Shown here piece after piece: positions 37,060 to 46,947 of a DNA stretch of 64,000 bases; the first letter of the stretch is position 1, and the number at the start of each line of letters is the position of its first letter. The DNA is taken from IMG/VR virus record IMGVR_UViG_3300045284_000107, positions 1-64,000 of that record; one strand, written 5' to 3'. Source of the DNA: a virus (taxonomy: Duplodnaviria > Caudoviricetes). The notes beneath the pieces were generated by a model. It saw nothing but the letters and a program-made list of their open reading frames with translations. It ran no database searches and was not told the origin of the DNA. The position numbers and the translations under genes are program-made.

Positions 37060-38012
37060 ATGGCGGTCTCAGGGGGTGGAATATACGGAAACCCGCCATA
37101 CCGCGCCCGATTTTGAAACGTATTGGTACAGGTGTTTAGCGTGTGGTCACATCCTGGGAAGACGTGAAAATAATCCGAACTTTCCACAACTGGGAAGATC
37201 CACGGTTTAAGAAAATACACCGTATTCCAGGGAGAGCCGGGAATAATTTTACCAATCGTTCGCGTAAACCCAGCGTTTAGACCCGTAAAGCCCTGAATTG
37301 TACCATTATCATACGACGTTGCAATCGCGGGGGTGAAAGTTGTCTTTATCGAATTTTGGTCCGATCCAACACCGCAGATAAATTCTGCCAGACCAATCCC
37401 GGTCGCAGTCCCTAACGCATTTAAACCATTTACCCGATCATATCCGCACATTCCAAATCCAGGCTCCCCAAACACATGGTTACATGCAGATTGGAACAGT
37501 CTTCGGGGCATTTGCACTGTTAGGAGGTCCAACAATGATTTGACCCGTATTGCAGTTTTTGTACGTCCTATATCTACATCTCCGACCCGACCATAAAACC
37601 AAGTAATTGTTCCCACCACATGTGGGGGAGAACCTGTCAAGAATGCGCGCAAAAGTTCACAATATGCCCCATCGAACAATCCGACAAAAAAGGCATTCTG
37701 CCAAGTGATTGTGCCCCCAGAATTGACGGCCAAGATATCCTCATCCCCGGCATACAGGTCAATGGATAATTCATCGACTTGGGGGCCGACCTCGACCTTG
37801 GATTTGGTCCGCGCAAACCTCGGCCCCAAAACAAACTCATAAGTCGGCGCGGTAGTATTGGGCAGGGGAGCTACCAATGGTGTTTGGAAACCTGAATAAT
37901 AAAACGTTTCGCCGGTTATGAGAGTGAATATGTATAGGTCAGCAATCATGACCCGTTGGGAGGTGGGCCAATTATCCAGAAAAGTCTTCAGCGCGGTTGA
38001 AGCCAAACGCAT
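37056..38012 (-). CDS. DUF2163 / BR0599 baseplate hub protein (GTA g13-like)
   Basis: C-terminal PGCDHTLNTC..TF.NR..YGGFPYIPPPE; ATG at 38012. Confidence 0.9.
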   Translation of the reverse strand: MRLASTALKTFLDNWPTSQRVMIADLYIFTLITGETFYYSGFQTPLVAPLPNTTAPTYEFVLGPRFARTKSKVEVGPQVDELSIDLYAGDEDILAVNSGGTITWQNAFFVGLFDGAYCELLRAFLTGSPPHVVGTITWFYGRVGDVDIGRTKTAIRVKSLLDLLTVQMPRRLFQSACNHVFGEPGFGMCGYDRVNGLNALGTATGIGLAEFICGVGSDQNSIKTTFTPAIATSYDNGTIQGFTGLNAGFTRTIGKIIPGSPWNTVYFLKPWIFPVVESSDYFHVFPGCDHTLNTCTNTFQNRARYGGFPYIPPPETAI

Positions 38013-38023
38013 CTTAGATCTCC

Positions 38024-38659
38024 CTAGTACAACACAGATGTAAGTTTTAGTTGCTTCATGGACCACAGTTGATACATGAAGTTTTCGGCCTCTAGATTGT
38101 CCGTGGCGAAGCGGACCTTGTAGCGGTAGGTTCCATCAAAAGTAATTGGTGTGCCACTACCGGGGGCGGTCCCATAAGTAATGACCCCCGTATCAAAGTT
38201 CGGCACCGACCCAGTAGGGGAAAATGTATAATCTATAGGAATAATTGGGGCGCGAATTGCACTACAAAGTTGGAAACTCTTTGTTGTACCGTCACCTACG
38301 GCGACAGTTATGGCCTGCGCCACAGCCGGATCGGCCCGCGTAGTATTATCCGTAGGATCATAAAACTGAAACGGAATACTTGCTCCACATTGTTGATTGA
38401 AGAAGTTCCAAATCTGTCGCAATTCATCCCTGGGGGTAGTCACGTCCGCATAGGCATGGCCGCGCAATGGGCCATCTCGTATATCCCACCGATCTCTTAA
38501 AACCTCATACGTTAATGTAAAGGTATAAATAGGTAATATATAATCATTTACGCGCAGTTCGCGGCCACTTACGGCCCTCTGCATTCGGGTGGCCCAGTTG
38601 GGGCTTTTCATTACGGACCATCCCAACGTGATAGTATTAGGAAAGACATTTAGTGCCAT
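38024..38659 (-). CDS. DUF2460 distal tail protein (GTA g12-like)
   Basis: GWSVMKSP.W.T...AVSGRE.R...FF....G....F.F.DP.D. Confidence 0.85.
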   Translation of the reverse strand: MALNVFPNTITLGWSVMKSPNWATRMQRAVSGRELRVNDYILPIYTFTLTYEVLRDRWDIRDGPLRGHAYADVTTPRDELRQIWNFFNQQCGASIPFQFYDPTDNTTRADPAVAQAITVAVGDGTTKSFQLCSAIRAPIIPIDYTFSPTGSVPNFDTGVITYGTAPGSGTPITFDGTYRYKVRFATDNLEAENFMYQLWSMKQLKLTSVLY

Positions 38660-38664
38660 CGCCC

Positions 38665-41600
38665 TTATCCTGGCAAATTGGGGTTGAAGTTACGATAAGC
38701 GTTCCGGTACAGGCCCGCGATAGTATCCCTGTGGTTCATTAGAAATTGGGCACCAGATCGTTGATCTATGGCATTTATGTGGAAGTTGATTGGGGGCGGC
38801 GGCATCCCGGCAGGGCCACCACCATTAGCCCCATCTTGTACCGCCTCCGACAAATGCTTTGGAAGAACCATTTCCCCAGGGTGCAAGATTGACAATGTAC
38901 CCCCTCTTGACAGGTTTGCTCCGCCGCCCATAATCATTCCCCCCTCTGCCGAGGGAATTATCCCACCCTGTTCCAACATAAAGATTGGAAGTATTTTTCC
39001 TATGGTGCCAAAAATGCTACCGGCCGTATCTAAAAGTCCTCCACCACCACCCCCACCGCTATCACTTTTATTATCCCCAAACATACTAAAGATAGATTTC
39101 AATCCACCAAAAGCCCCACTAATCGTAGACATTGAGGTGGATAGTTTGGCAACTCCATTTTCAGATGATCCAGTGGTACGGGCCATTGACCCCAACGCAC
39201 CCGTAACCTTTGTTACGTCTGTAGCCAGATCACCCATTTTGGTACTAACATTACTGACATTTTCGGTCAGTTGGCGTACTGCTGTGTTTGTACCTATTGC
39301 ACCGCCGGCAACCGGACTATAAGTCGGAGAACCTGGAGTAATTTCTGAGACCACTCCGCCTTCTGCATATCCTCTCGGTAGAACAACTTCTCCACCTTGC
39401 AAAAATGCAGCCATATCATGTGGAACCTGTCCACCTCCATGGAACTTAGGTAGGATCTTTTCCCACCACGACTTGGACGGCTCATCCTTATCGCCAATTG
39501 TTTTGCCTGTGTATGGATTTATATTTGCCGCTTTGTCCTTGTATTTGTCCAATTGTTCTTGGGTCAGCGGAGTAGTAATTTGGGTTACATCTTCGGCCCC
39601 AAAATCTTTAGTATCTAATAGTTTTTTGGCCAAGGCCTTGTCTTTGTCTTTTTCGCCAAACAGGGATGCAATTCCTCCCGCTACAGCCAAACCTCCCAAT
39701 AAGGCAAGCCAGAACCATCCCTTTCCCAGACCCGGATTGGTCTGTACCAAATGATACGGGGCAAAGCCGCGACTTTCATTTGTAAGAGATGTGAGGCCTG
39801 GATGGGACGCTACAATGCCTCCATCGGCAAACTTAGGCATTGATCCAGATGGAAACAACTGGGCCATTGGATCAAGGTCTCGGAATTTTAATGCTTCACG
39901 AAGGGTAAGCCCTTCATGATGCTGCATTCCATTTCGACCCATAGATACAACATCAAACTTCTCACCTCTAAGTACACTTTCCCGCGCTATACTTGCCTCT
40001 GCGGGCTTTCCTGCAAATTCCCGCCCTCCACTTACCCTAAACCCATATAAATCTGTAGTTTCCCCCGTCATCTGAAACATACGTCTGAATGTATCACGGA
40101 TAAATTGGCCACCAAGTGCTCCGCGGCCATACCCTGCCGCAAATGTTTGACCTGGAAGTTCTGGATTGACCGAGGGCAAGGGCGAACTTGCCAATCCAAT
40201 ATGTATACCTCTAAATTTCTCGCTTGATTTGCGATATAAATCGCCTTCCATTACGGGCTTTCTTTCGCCCTCGGCAAAGGCCCCAAATTCCATATGCCGA
40301 TATTCTATACCACGAACAGTCTGGCTTTCTGGATTTATAAACTTTAGTTTTTGGAATTTCAGGGCACCACTTTCATCTGCCAACATAGATGGAACGGCGG
40401 CGGCCATTTCCCGAGCAATTGGCACTCCCGCTCGTATCGCCCCAATACCCGCCCGCGCAACAGGAAATAAAGTAGAGACGCCAGTTGCAGCTCCGACTAC
40501 GCCCTGACCAAACGCCTGTAGATATTCCCCCCTACGGGCGGCCAATATTGATTGCTCAATATCTGTATAGCCAATTAGAGATTTGCCAATATCTTTCAAT
40601 GACGGAACAGGTTCGGGTTTGTATTTTAAAAATTCCCCTTCCAAATTTTGCTTATAAATTTCCTCAACAAGTCCGCCATCGGCAAATCTTTGACCCCGTT
40701 CTGCCAAAATCCTCCTATAACGCTTCATTTCGTTAAGTTCGGCTTCTGTACCTCCCATACTGTAATGACCAGCATCAGGGGTACCAAACGTGCTACCAAT
40801 GGCTATAGACTGGCCGGGATAATACCTATCGCGGGCCTTAAGCATTTCTTCGTCTAGTTTACGATATAAAGGACCGCCTCTCCCCATCATTCCAGGAACA
40901 AGGTTTCCCTTCGCGTCAAAAATCCCAACATCAAATGCCCGGCCCATACCATGTTCGGAAGGTTCACCAGTTCCTTTAACGGTAGACCCAGGTCTATTAG
41001 CCGAGGTTATTTTAGTTGAAAACCCTCTGGGCAGATTTTCATTAGCACTATCCATCAAGAAGTGAAGTTTTAGAAGTTCGGGGGTATCATATGTCATACC
41101 TCCTATTGTAAGATTTTCGCCCCCTGCAATTCCGCCCTCTTGATGGCGTTCAATCCCTGACGGGAACATACGATCGTATTTGGCCCGCTGATTGCGGGTC
41201 AGAACCCGTTCCCCTGGAGTAAGCCACGCCAATACAGTATCTGTACCTACAGGACCGCCAAGTGCATATGCAGGTGTAGGCACACTTGTAGGAGCAGGCG
41301 GACTTGCCGTAGGTCCGGCTCCAGGAGCCTTAATCGCCGCCAAAGCACTTGCAGCTGTGGATGCGGCACTTCCAAGTCTTCTTAGTTCATTTTGGGCGGC
41401 TTCAGCACCACCTATACTATAATGTCCCGCATCCGGCTTATCACTAAATGTACTTCCTACTGCCAATGGCTGGCCGGGATATAACTTGTCCCTGGCCTTT
41501 ATCATTTCTTCGTCCAGTTTACGATACATGGGACCACCACGACCCATGTACCCTGGAACTCGTTTCCCTTCTGGATCTAGAACTTCAACGTCCGCGGCCC

Positions 41601-44600
41601 GCGCGAAACCATGTTCAGAGGGTGTACCTTTCCAAGTAGTAGCCCCAGGTCTTACATCATTAGTTATCCGTGCCGTGTATCCGGCTGGCAAATTTTTATT
41701 TGCCTCGGCCAACATGGCATTAAGTTTTTGCAATTCAGGAGTATTGGTCGGGACACTTGATGTAGGACCGCCCGGCACAGTGGTACTTGGAACTGCCCCA
41801 CCTTTTAATTTGTCGGCGGCCTCCTTTAATCTGTCTCCTGCCTCTTTTAATCCATCAGCTGCGGGCTTTATAAGTTTCGTGGCCTCGTTTTGGGCGTCGG
41901 CGGCTTTTTGTATTTTTTCGGCCGCCCCCTGCATTGCGTCCTTGGGGGTATCCTTGGTCAGACCAAGCATATTCCCAAGTGCCCGACTTAGAACCGTTCC
42001 AAGTCCGGTATCTGCCAATCCCTCAGTCTTGACCCCCAACATTGGGGCCAATTTACTGCCTAGATACTGTGACCCTAAACTAAAGGTCTCTTTTACCAAC
42101 GCTCCAGTAATTGATTTGCGGAGATCCTGTAATGTATTGGTTCCGGCCTCGCCAGTCAAAAGGCCCGTTAGGGACTTCTCAAGTCCTGACCCCACTTCAT
42201 CAAACGCACCTTTTAATAATTTGGCGCGCTTTTCATTTTCTTTTTCTATAGCCTCGCTTACGCGGGCCTGGGCGGCGATTTGTAGTTCCGCATCCTTCTC
42301 ATACAATTCGGCCAAATGCGAGAACAGTTTCTCTTTTTGTTGATCTGTGAGTCCACTAATTCTGGTCTGGGCTTCAATTCGTTTTTCTTCCTCCTCCATT
42401 ACTTTAGATGAGAACGCGGCCTCTTTAGTGGCCATCGTCTCCTTGGACATACTATGGTCCGCAACCTGAGCCTGAAGTCTATACTTCTCCTGTTGCATCC
42501 TGATCCGGTCAAGACGCTCTTGGGACGAATTAAACCTATCTAATTCACTAAACCTTCTATTTTGTTCTTCAGATAAGGCATTTACAATATCTGTTTGGGC
42601 ATTGATTTTTTGGGCGGGGGTGGCGTATTTGTCCCCAGCCGTAATTTGGGCTTCTTGAATACGTAAACGTACTATTTCCTCTAAATCGCCACGACTTTTG
42701 GCAATTGCTTCACTTAGTTTTAGTTGGGCAATTTGAGTATTTTTGGTGTCCTCTACGATACGTTTTTGGGCCTCTGCGATTTGAGCATCATAGCCAGCAC
42801 TTTGCCGCTGGTACTCAACCCCAACCCGCCATAGATCCCACCAAATCTTAGTCTTTACTGTAATGTCTGCATTTGTCTTATCAGCATCTTGCATTGCCTT
42901 GTTGAAGGCTTCGGCTTCGGCCCTCAATTGCATCATTGCAAGGGCGCGTTCTTGTTCTATAGCCGCAGGGGCCGCCGCAAGCCCCGCATGACCCATATCT
43001 CTAAGTTTGGCCTTGTTTTGCAGTTCAAAGGCCGAAAGAATATCCCTATTGGCCTGTTTTAAATCATTTGCCGACGATACTGCCGCTTCGACTACAGTTC
43101 TGTATGCTAGGATTCCCGCGCGCTCTATGTCCTCCATTGCGCGGAGGAAATCTACACTCCCCGCCTTGAAATGGGCGGCGGCATTCGCGCGCCATTCTGC
43201 AATGATCGCAGTTATAGCATCATAAGAACCCTTGCCGGTTCTGATTTGGTTTTCATAACCTTTTGCAGCTTCGGCGTATTCTTCTCGATTTGCTTCTCGG
43301 GCAAACGCAGTCTGGGCACGTTTAGCCGTTTCAACCTGTACCTGTGTCGCCTGACCTTTTTTAAGTTGTTGCTCAGTCAATGAGACTATTTCGGCCTGTA
43401 GGGCAATCTTTTCTTTTGAACCATGCGCCTCGGCGGCAATCCGTTCCTGTATCCCTGCAATGGTAATTGCGGTTTCCTCGTTTTGGATCCGCCGCATTAC
43501 CTCTTTTATTTCATTGTTGGCTTTTATTGCAGCCTCAGACTCTTGTGCCATTTCGGCGGCACGTTCGGGGTCCATACCTCCCCCGACCAACCTTTGAGTC
43601 TCTGTTCTTTGTTGTTCGCGTGCAACATTTATTGCAGCCGCTAATTGGGCCTGTAAATCTACATGTCTTGCTTGGGCTTCGGCATGGATATGTCCTAGAG
43701 CAAGTCTATGCCGCCTTTCCTCGGCAGGATCTTGTGGCATTGACCGGACTTCAGCTTCAAGAGTTCCAGCCGCGCTACGCGCCCGTTCTTCTGCGGGAGT
43801 ACCCTTTAATCTTTCCGCCGCCGATTGGGCGGCAGTCATCATGTTTACAAGTACAATCCGCTTATTTAAGGCATCATTGCCTGCGACTATAGCAAGGCCT
43901 TGGGCCTTTATGTCCTCTGTTAATCTCTGTGTAGCTTCACTATCCCCTTTTAAGGGGTCCATATATTTTTCGAATGTTTTTGCCAGTTCCTCCGCAAGAG
44001 GATTAAAGGTAGAAAATTCACTACCCGCGGCTCCAGCCCCAAATGCGAGCCAGAACATATCATTACCGGCAGTTCGCCCCGCCGTTCCCAACTCTTTTAA
44101 TTTGGGGTCAATAAGATAGGGGGCAAGAAGTCTAAACGCTTCCTCGTCGGTCTTTGCGATCTTTGCTAGTTCTACAAGGGACCGTCCAGAACTATCCACC
44201 ACCCCTTCGAGGCCGCGGAATTTAGTTATAAATTCGGCTAGTGAAACTGCGCCACCTTTGGCAGCGTTTACAAATGGCTCAATAGCCTTTGTAGGTTCAA
44301 CCCGTTGTAGGCCTGCATATCCCTTAGCCGCCTCGTCAAAACTCTGTCGTATTGCATGAGCCGCCGGAGGAAGTTTATCTAATTCAGATAATAACTCCTT
44401 TGTTGTTCCAGCGTACTCATTAGTTGATCTTTTGCTACGGTCAAATTCTGCCTCAGCCCCTGCACGTTGTTGAGGTCCAAATCCAAACCCCTGTATTGCT
44501 CCTGTTGTTTCTGTTTCACGAACCGATTTAAACCGCTGATATGCCTGTTCGAGAGCATAAACGACCACTGCAATTGCGGCCACTGCCGCTGCGGCATAAA

Positions 44601-45816
44601 CCCCCCACACCCCAGTCAATTTAGTCAGTGTATTTTCTAATATACCACTGTCGCGGGCCAGAGCGGTAAATGAGGCCACAACTTGGCCGCGCTGACCGCG
44701 CATCAGACCATCAAAGATGGCAGTCGTGTGCTGAAGACTACGACCCAGATTAAAGGACGCCCCAGTAGCGGCGTCCAATTCTTCCGTCATCCCGTGTCCA
44801 GTTACAGGATGAACTTTTAATTGACCAGCGTCATCTCGGACAAATTTAACCTGTGTCCGCGCCGCCATTTGTTCTTGGAATTTAAACTGCTCCTTGGCAA
44901 GTTTATCTTGCTCCGCGCCATACCGTTTTAAGTCGGCGACCATTTGGTCTGTGGCACGTTTCCGGGCAGCAGCCTCTGCCTCTATTTGGCGCTGTCTATC
45001 TGCAAGATTGACCTGGGCGGCCATCTGCTGTTGAAACTTAAATTGCTCTGCATTGAGTTTTTCTTGTTCGGTTTTGGCGCGCTGAATTTCTTGTATGTGC
45101 TGGGCGAGATTAGACTTGGGGGCGATCTGCGAGGCAAATTTGGCCTGTTCGCGATTTAGGCGTTCTTGTTCTTGGGTCGCCCGGCGAACATTTTCTACAT
45201 GTTCGGCTATGTTGGACTGAGGAGCCAACAATTGAATGAATTTGCTTTGTTCTTCATTAAGTCTTTGCTGGGCAACTATAGCATTGCGGACATCATCTGC
45301 ATGTTGTTTGACGTTAGATTGGGGAGAGATTTGGGAGGCAAACTTTTGGCGGGCCTGTCCCGCTTTTTCTTCTTCTTGGCCCAACCGGCGCATTTCATCA
45401 GATTGGGCCTTTAAAACGGCCAATCGTGTTGACAGTTGGGCGCTAGACTCTGATCCGTACTGACTTGCTGTACTTCCCAATTGGCGCATTATATCCAATT
45501 GGTTTTGTAATTCTGCCCCTGCCGCTTTAAGGGTCGATGAATTTACATTATTATAAAATACCTTCGCCTGTTCGGCTAAAGTCTCAAATGCAGAAGCGGT
45601 GGCGGCGACTTGGGCCTTTAATTCCTGTAAACTCTGCGTAGCGGCGTCAATGTCGGTCTGAATAACGCGCGTGGCTTGTTGGATCGCCCCAAGTCCAAGA
45701 CCACTTTGCCCAACCTGTTGTAATTGTTTTTGTAGTTCTTTTAGGCGAGTTTCAATGGCAGTGATCTGGGCACTGGCATCATCGTTAGCGCGGATATTAA
45801 ATGAAAAGTCGGCCAT
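38665..45816 (-). CDS. tape measure protein (2383 aa) with inserted M15 peptidase and other domains
   Basis: Longest ORF, A/Q/E-rich helical N-terminal region, position before the distal tail gene, AxGG / PGE.VL motifs. Confidence 0.92.
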   Translation of the reverse strand: MADFSFNIRANDDASAQITAIETRLKELQKQLQQVGQSGLGLGAIQQATRVIQTDIDAATQSLQELKAQVAATASAFETLAEQAKVFYNNVNSSTLKAAGAELQNQLDIMRQLGSTASQYGSESSAQLSTRLAVLKAQSDEMRRLGQEEEKAGQARQKFASQISPQSNVKQHADDVRNAIVAQQRLNEEQSKFIQLLAPQSNIAEHVENVRRATQEQERLNREQAKFASQIAPKSNLAQHIQEIQRAKTEQEKLNAEQFKFQQQMAAQVNLADRQRQIEAEAAARKRATDQMVADLKRYGAEQDKLAKEQFKFQEQMAARTQVKFVRDDAGQLKVHPVTGHGMTEELDAATGASFNLGRSLQHTTAIFDGLMRGQRGQVVASFTALARDSGILENTLTKLTGVWGVYAAAAVAAIAVVVYALEQAYQRFKSVRETETTGAIQGFGFGPQQRAGAEAEFDRSKRSTNEYAGTTKELLSELDKLPPAAHAIRQSFDEAAKGYAGLQRVEPTKAIEPFVNAAKGGAVSLAEFITKFRGLEGVVDSSGRSLVELAKIAKTDEEAFRLLAPYLIDPKLKELGTAGRTAGNDMFWLAFGAGAAGSEFSTFNPLAEELAKTFEKYMDPLKGDSEATQRLTEDIKAQGLAIVAGNDALNKRIVLVNMMTAAQSAAERLKGTPAEERARSAAGTLEAEVRSMPQDPAEERRHRLALGHIHAEAQARHVDLQAQLAAAINVAREQQRTETQRLVGGGMDPERAAEMAQESEAAIKANNEIKEVMRRIQNEETAITIAGIQERIAAEAHGSKEKIALQAEIVSLTEQQLKKGQATQVQVETAKRAQTAFAREANREEYAEAAKGYENQIRTGKGSYDAITAIIAEWRANAAAHFKAGSVDFLRAMEDIERAGILAYRTVVEAAVSSANDLKQANRDILSAFELQNKAKLRDMGHAGLAAAPAAIEQERALAMMQLRAEAEAFNKAMQDADKTNADITVKTKIWWDLWRVGVEYQRQSAGYDAQIAEAQKRIVEDTKNTQIAQLKLSEAIAKSRGDLEEIVRLRIQEAQITAGDKYATPAQKINAQTDIVNALSEEQNRRFSELDRFNSSQERLDRIRMQQEKYRLQAQVADHSMSKETMATKEAAFSSKVMEEEEKRIEAQTRISGLTDQQKEKLFSHLAELYEKDAELQIAAQARVSEAIEKENEKRAKLLKGAFDEVGSGLEKSLTGLLTGEAGTNTLQDLRKSITGALVKETFSLGSQYLGSKLAPMLGVKTEGLADTGLGTVLSRALGNMLGLTKDTPKDAMQGAAEKIQKAADAQNEATKLIKPAADGLKEAGDRLKEAADKLKGGAVPSTTVPGGPTSSVPTNTPELQKLNAMLAEANKNLPAGYTARITNDVRPGATTWKGTPSEHGFARAADVEVLDPEGKRVPGYMGRGGPMYRKLDEEMIKARDKLYPGQPLAVGSTFSDKPDAGHYSIGGAEAAQNELRRLGSAASTAASALAAIKAPGAGPTASPPAPTSVPTPAYALGGPVGTDTVLAWLTPGERVLTRNQRAKYDRMFPSGIERHQEGGIAGGENLTIGGMTYDTPELLKLHFLMDSANENLPRGFSTKITSANRPGSTVKGTGEPSEHGMGRAFDVGIFDAKGNLVPGMMGRGGPLYRKLDEEMLKARDRYYPGQSIAIGSTFGTPDAGHYSMGGTEAELNEMKRYRRILAERGQRFADGGLVEEIYKQNLEGEFLKYKPEPVPSLKDIGKSLIGYTDIEQSILAARRGEYLQAFGQGVVGAATGVSTLFPVARAGIGAIRAGVPIAREMAAAVPSMLADESGALKFQKLKFINPESQTVRGIEYRHMEFGAFAEGERKPVMEGDLYRKSSEKFRGIHIGLASSPLPSVNPELPGQTFAAGYGRGALGGQFIRDTFRRMFQMTGETTDLYGFRVSGGREFAGKPAEASIARESVLRGEKFDVVSMGRNGMQHHEGLTLREALKFRDLDPMAQLFPSGSMPKFADGGIVASHPGLTSLTNESRGFAPYHLVQTNPGLGKGWFWLALLGGLAVAGGIASLFGEKDKDKALAKKLLDTKDFGAEDVTQITTPLTQEQLDKYKDKAANINPYTGKTIGDKDEPSKSWWEKILPKFHGGGQVPHDMAAFLQGGEVVLPRGYAEGGVVSEITPGSPTYSPVAGGAIGTNTAVRQLTENVSNVSTKMGDLATDVTKVTGALGSMARTTGSSENGVAKLSTSMSTISGAFGGLKSIFSMFGDNKSDSGGGGGGGLLDTAGSIFGTIGKILPIFMLEQGGIIPSAEGGMIMGGGANLSRGGTLSILHPGEMVLPKHLSEAVQDGANGGGPAGMPPPPINFHINAIDQRSGAQFLMNHRDTIAGLYRNAYRNFNPNLPG

Positions 45817-45831
45817 CGAACTGACCTCTAC

Positions 45832-46260
45832 TTACAGGGTCTCGATTAGGGCGTCGTAGAGTTGGTCTTCAATCCAGGGCTTTAACTGGGCCATTCGTTG
45901 GGCCAAGATGTCAGAACCTTTGAGATACGGATGTCGCACATACCGTGTCCGCACTAGATCACCTGATTTGGCAACAAACCTCAACATTCTGGCCTTTACA
46001 GGTACGATTGGATAAAATCCGGTCTTGTCCTGGGATTCTATATATCCAATTAATGTAGTCCCTTGTTGCGTGACCCCCGAATGAATAGTGCCCGGATCAA
46101 GATATTTCGCCGGTAATGTGTGAAACAAATCCTCATGAATAGTAGTAACAATGTTGTATAATTTATTGGTTAGGGCATCCTGTATCTTTTTGGGCAGGCC
46201 CTTAAGTGCCACCAGTACCTCATCGCCCTGTACTGTGATGTCAATTAAGGAGCCTGCCAT
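45832..46260 (-). CDS. tail completion/neck protein (HK97 gp10-like)
   Basis: I.P.KA..LRF...G..V....V.HP motif. Confidence 0.6.
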   Translation of the reverse strand: MAGSLIDITVQGDEVLVALKGLPKKIQDALTNKLYNIVTTIHEDLFHTLPAKYLDPGTIHSGVTQQGTTLIGYIESQDKTGFYPIVPVKARMLRFVAKSGDLVRTRYVRHPYLKGSDILAQRMAQLKPWIEDQLYDALIETL

Positions 46261-46542
46261 TTAATTTCCCCTCACAACCAAATCCACATTGCCGAATTGG
46301 TTTATAGTTTCAAGCATACGTCGGGTGTTGTTGATGTTTTCTTGGTGTTTGGTTTCGTGGGTTTGATAGCCTAAATACGCGGCTACTAACCAACCGACTG
46401 GAGGATTTTTAGCCCAAGCCCTTTGTAATAACTTACACCACTTTAAGGTGTACGTTCGTCCAATGGCTATGGGATCTCCGCCGCAGACTCCGTTGGCTGC
46501 GAGTTCGGCGATGAGTCCGCAGATGTCCCAGTCCCATTTTCC
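46261..46542 (-). CDS. -1 frameshift extension of the tail assembly chaperone (G-T type)
   Basis: Open -1 frame with no usable ATG: GKWDWDIC...W.KNPPVGWLVAAYLG; slippery G GAA AAT at 46542-46536. Confidence 0.7.
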   Translation of the reverse strand, partial: GKWDWDICGLIAELAANGVCGGDPIAIGRTYTLKWCKLLQRAWAKNPPVGWLVAAYLGYQTHETKHQENINNTRRMLETINQFGNVDLVVRGN

Positions 46543-46931
46543 GGGTTCTCCGCCGTTTCGCTCACCGCCTCCACTTCCGGGTTTGTATTGCCCTCAAACC
46601 CCGAAATATCCAGCAGTTCGTTCATTCGGCCCGGCAATTCCCGCATTTCCTTTAGGGAACATGCCTTCAAGAACTCATCTTCTGTGACGGTCATCTCAGG
46701 ATGGGAGTCCTTCAATGCTATGTACATGATGTGGATCACATTCACGGCATAGGAAATCCAATCCAAGTCAGGCCCAAGAGTAAGCAACTGACTTTTTACC
46801 TTGTCCATTACAAAGAGGTTGAGGGCCGGAACTTCTATGTCCTGGCCCCCAATAACAAATTTGGTAGTTTCGTGGGAGGTGGTCAGGCGCGGACCCAACC
46901 ACTGTGCCCCATTTCCATTTGACATGGCCAT
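46467..46931 (-). CDS. tail assembly chaperone
   Basis: Follows the tail tube gene; ATG 46931. Confidence 0.75.
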   Translation of the reverse strand: MAMSNGNGAQWLGPRLTTSHETTKFVIGGQDIEVPALNLFVMDKVKSQLLTLGPDLDWISYAVNVIHIMYIALKDSHPEMTVTEDEFLKACSLKEMRELPGRMNELLDISGFEGNTNPEVEAVSETAENPENGTGTSADSSPNSQPTESAAEIP

Positions 46932-46947
46932 GATAGAACGTCCTATT

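Noticed and set aside
38768-45859. Long + strand ORFs opposite the tape measure (e.g. 41486-42343) and opposite other late genes
   Set aside because: Antisense shadows of well-supported genes, with no motifs or RBS
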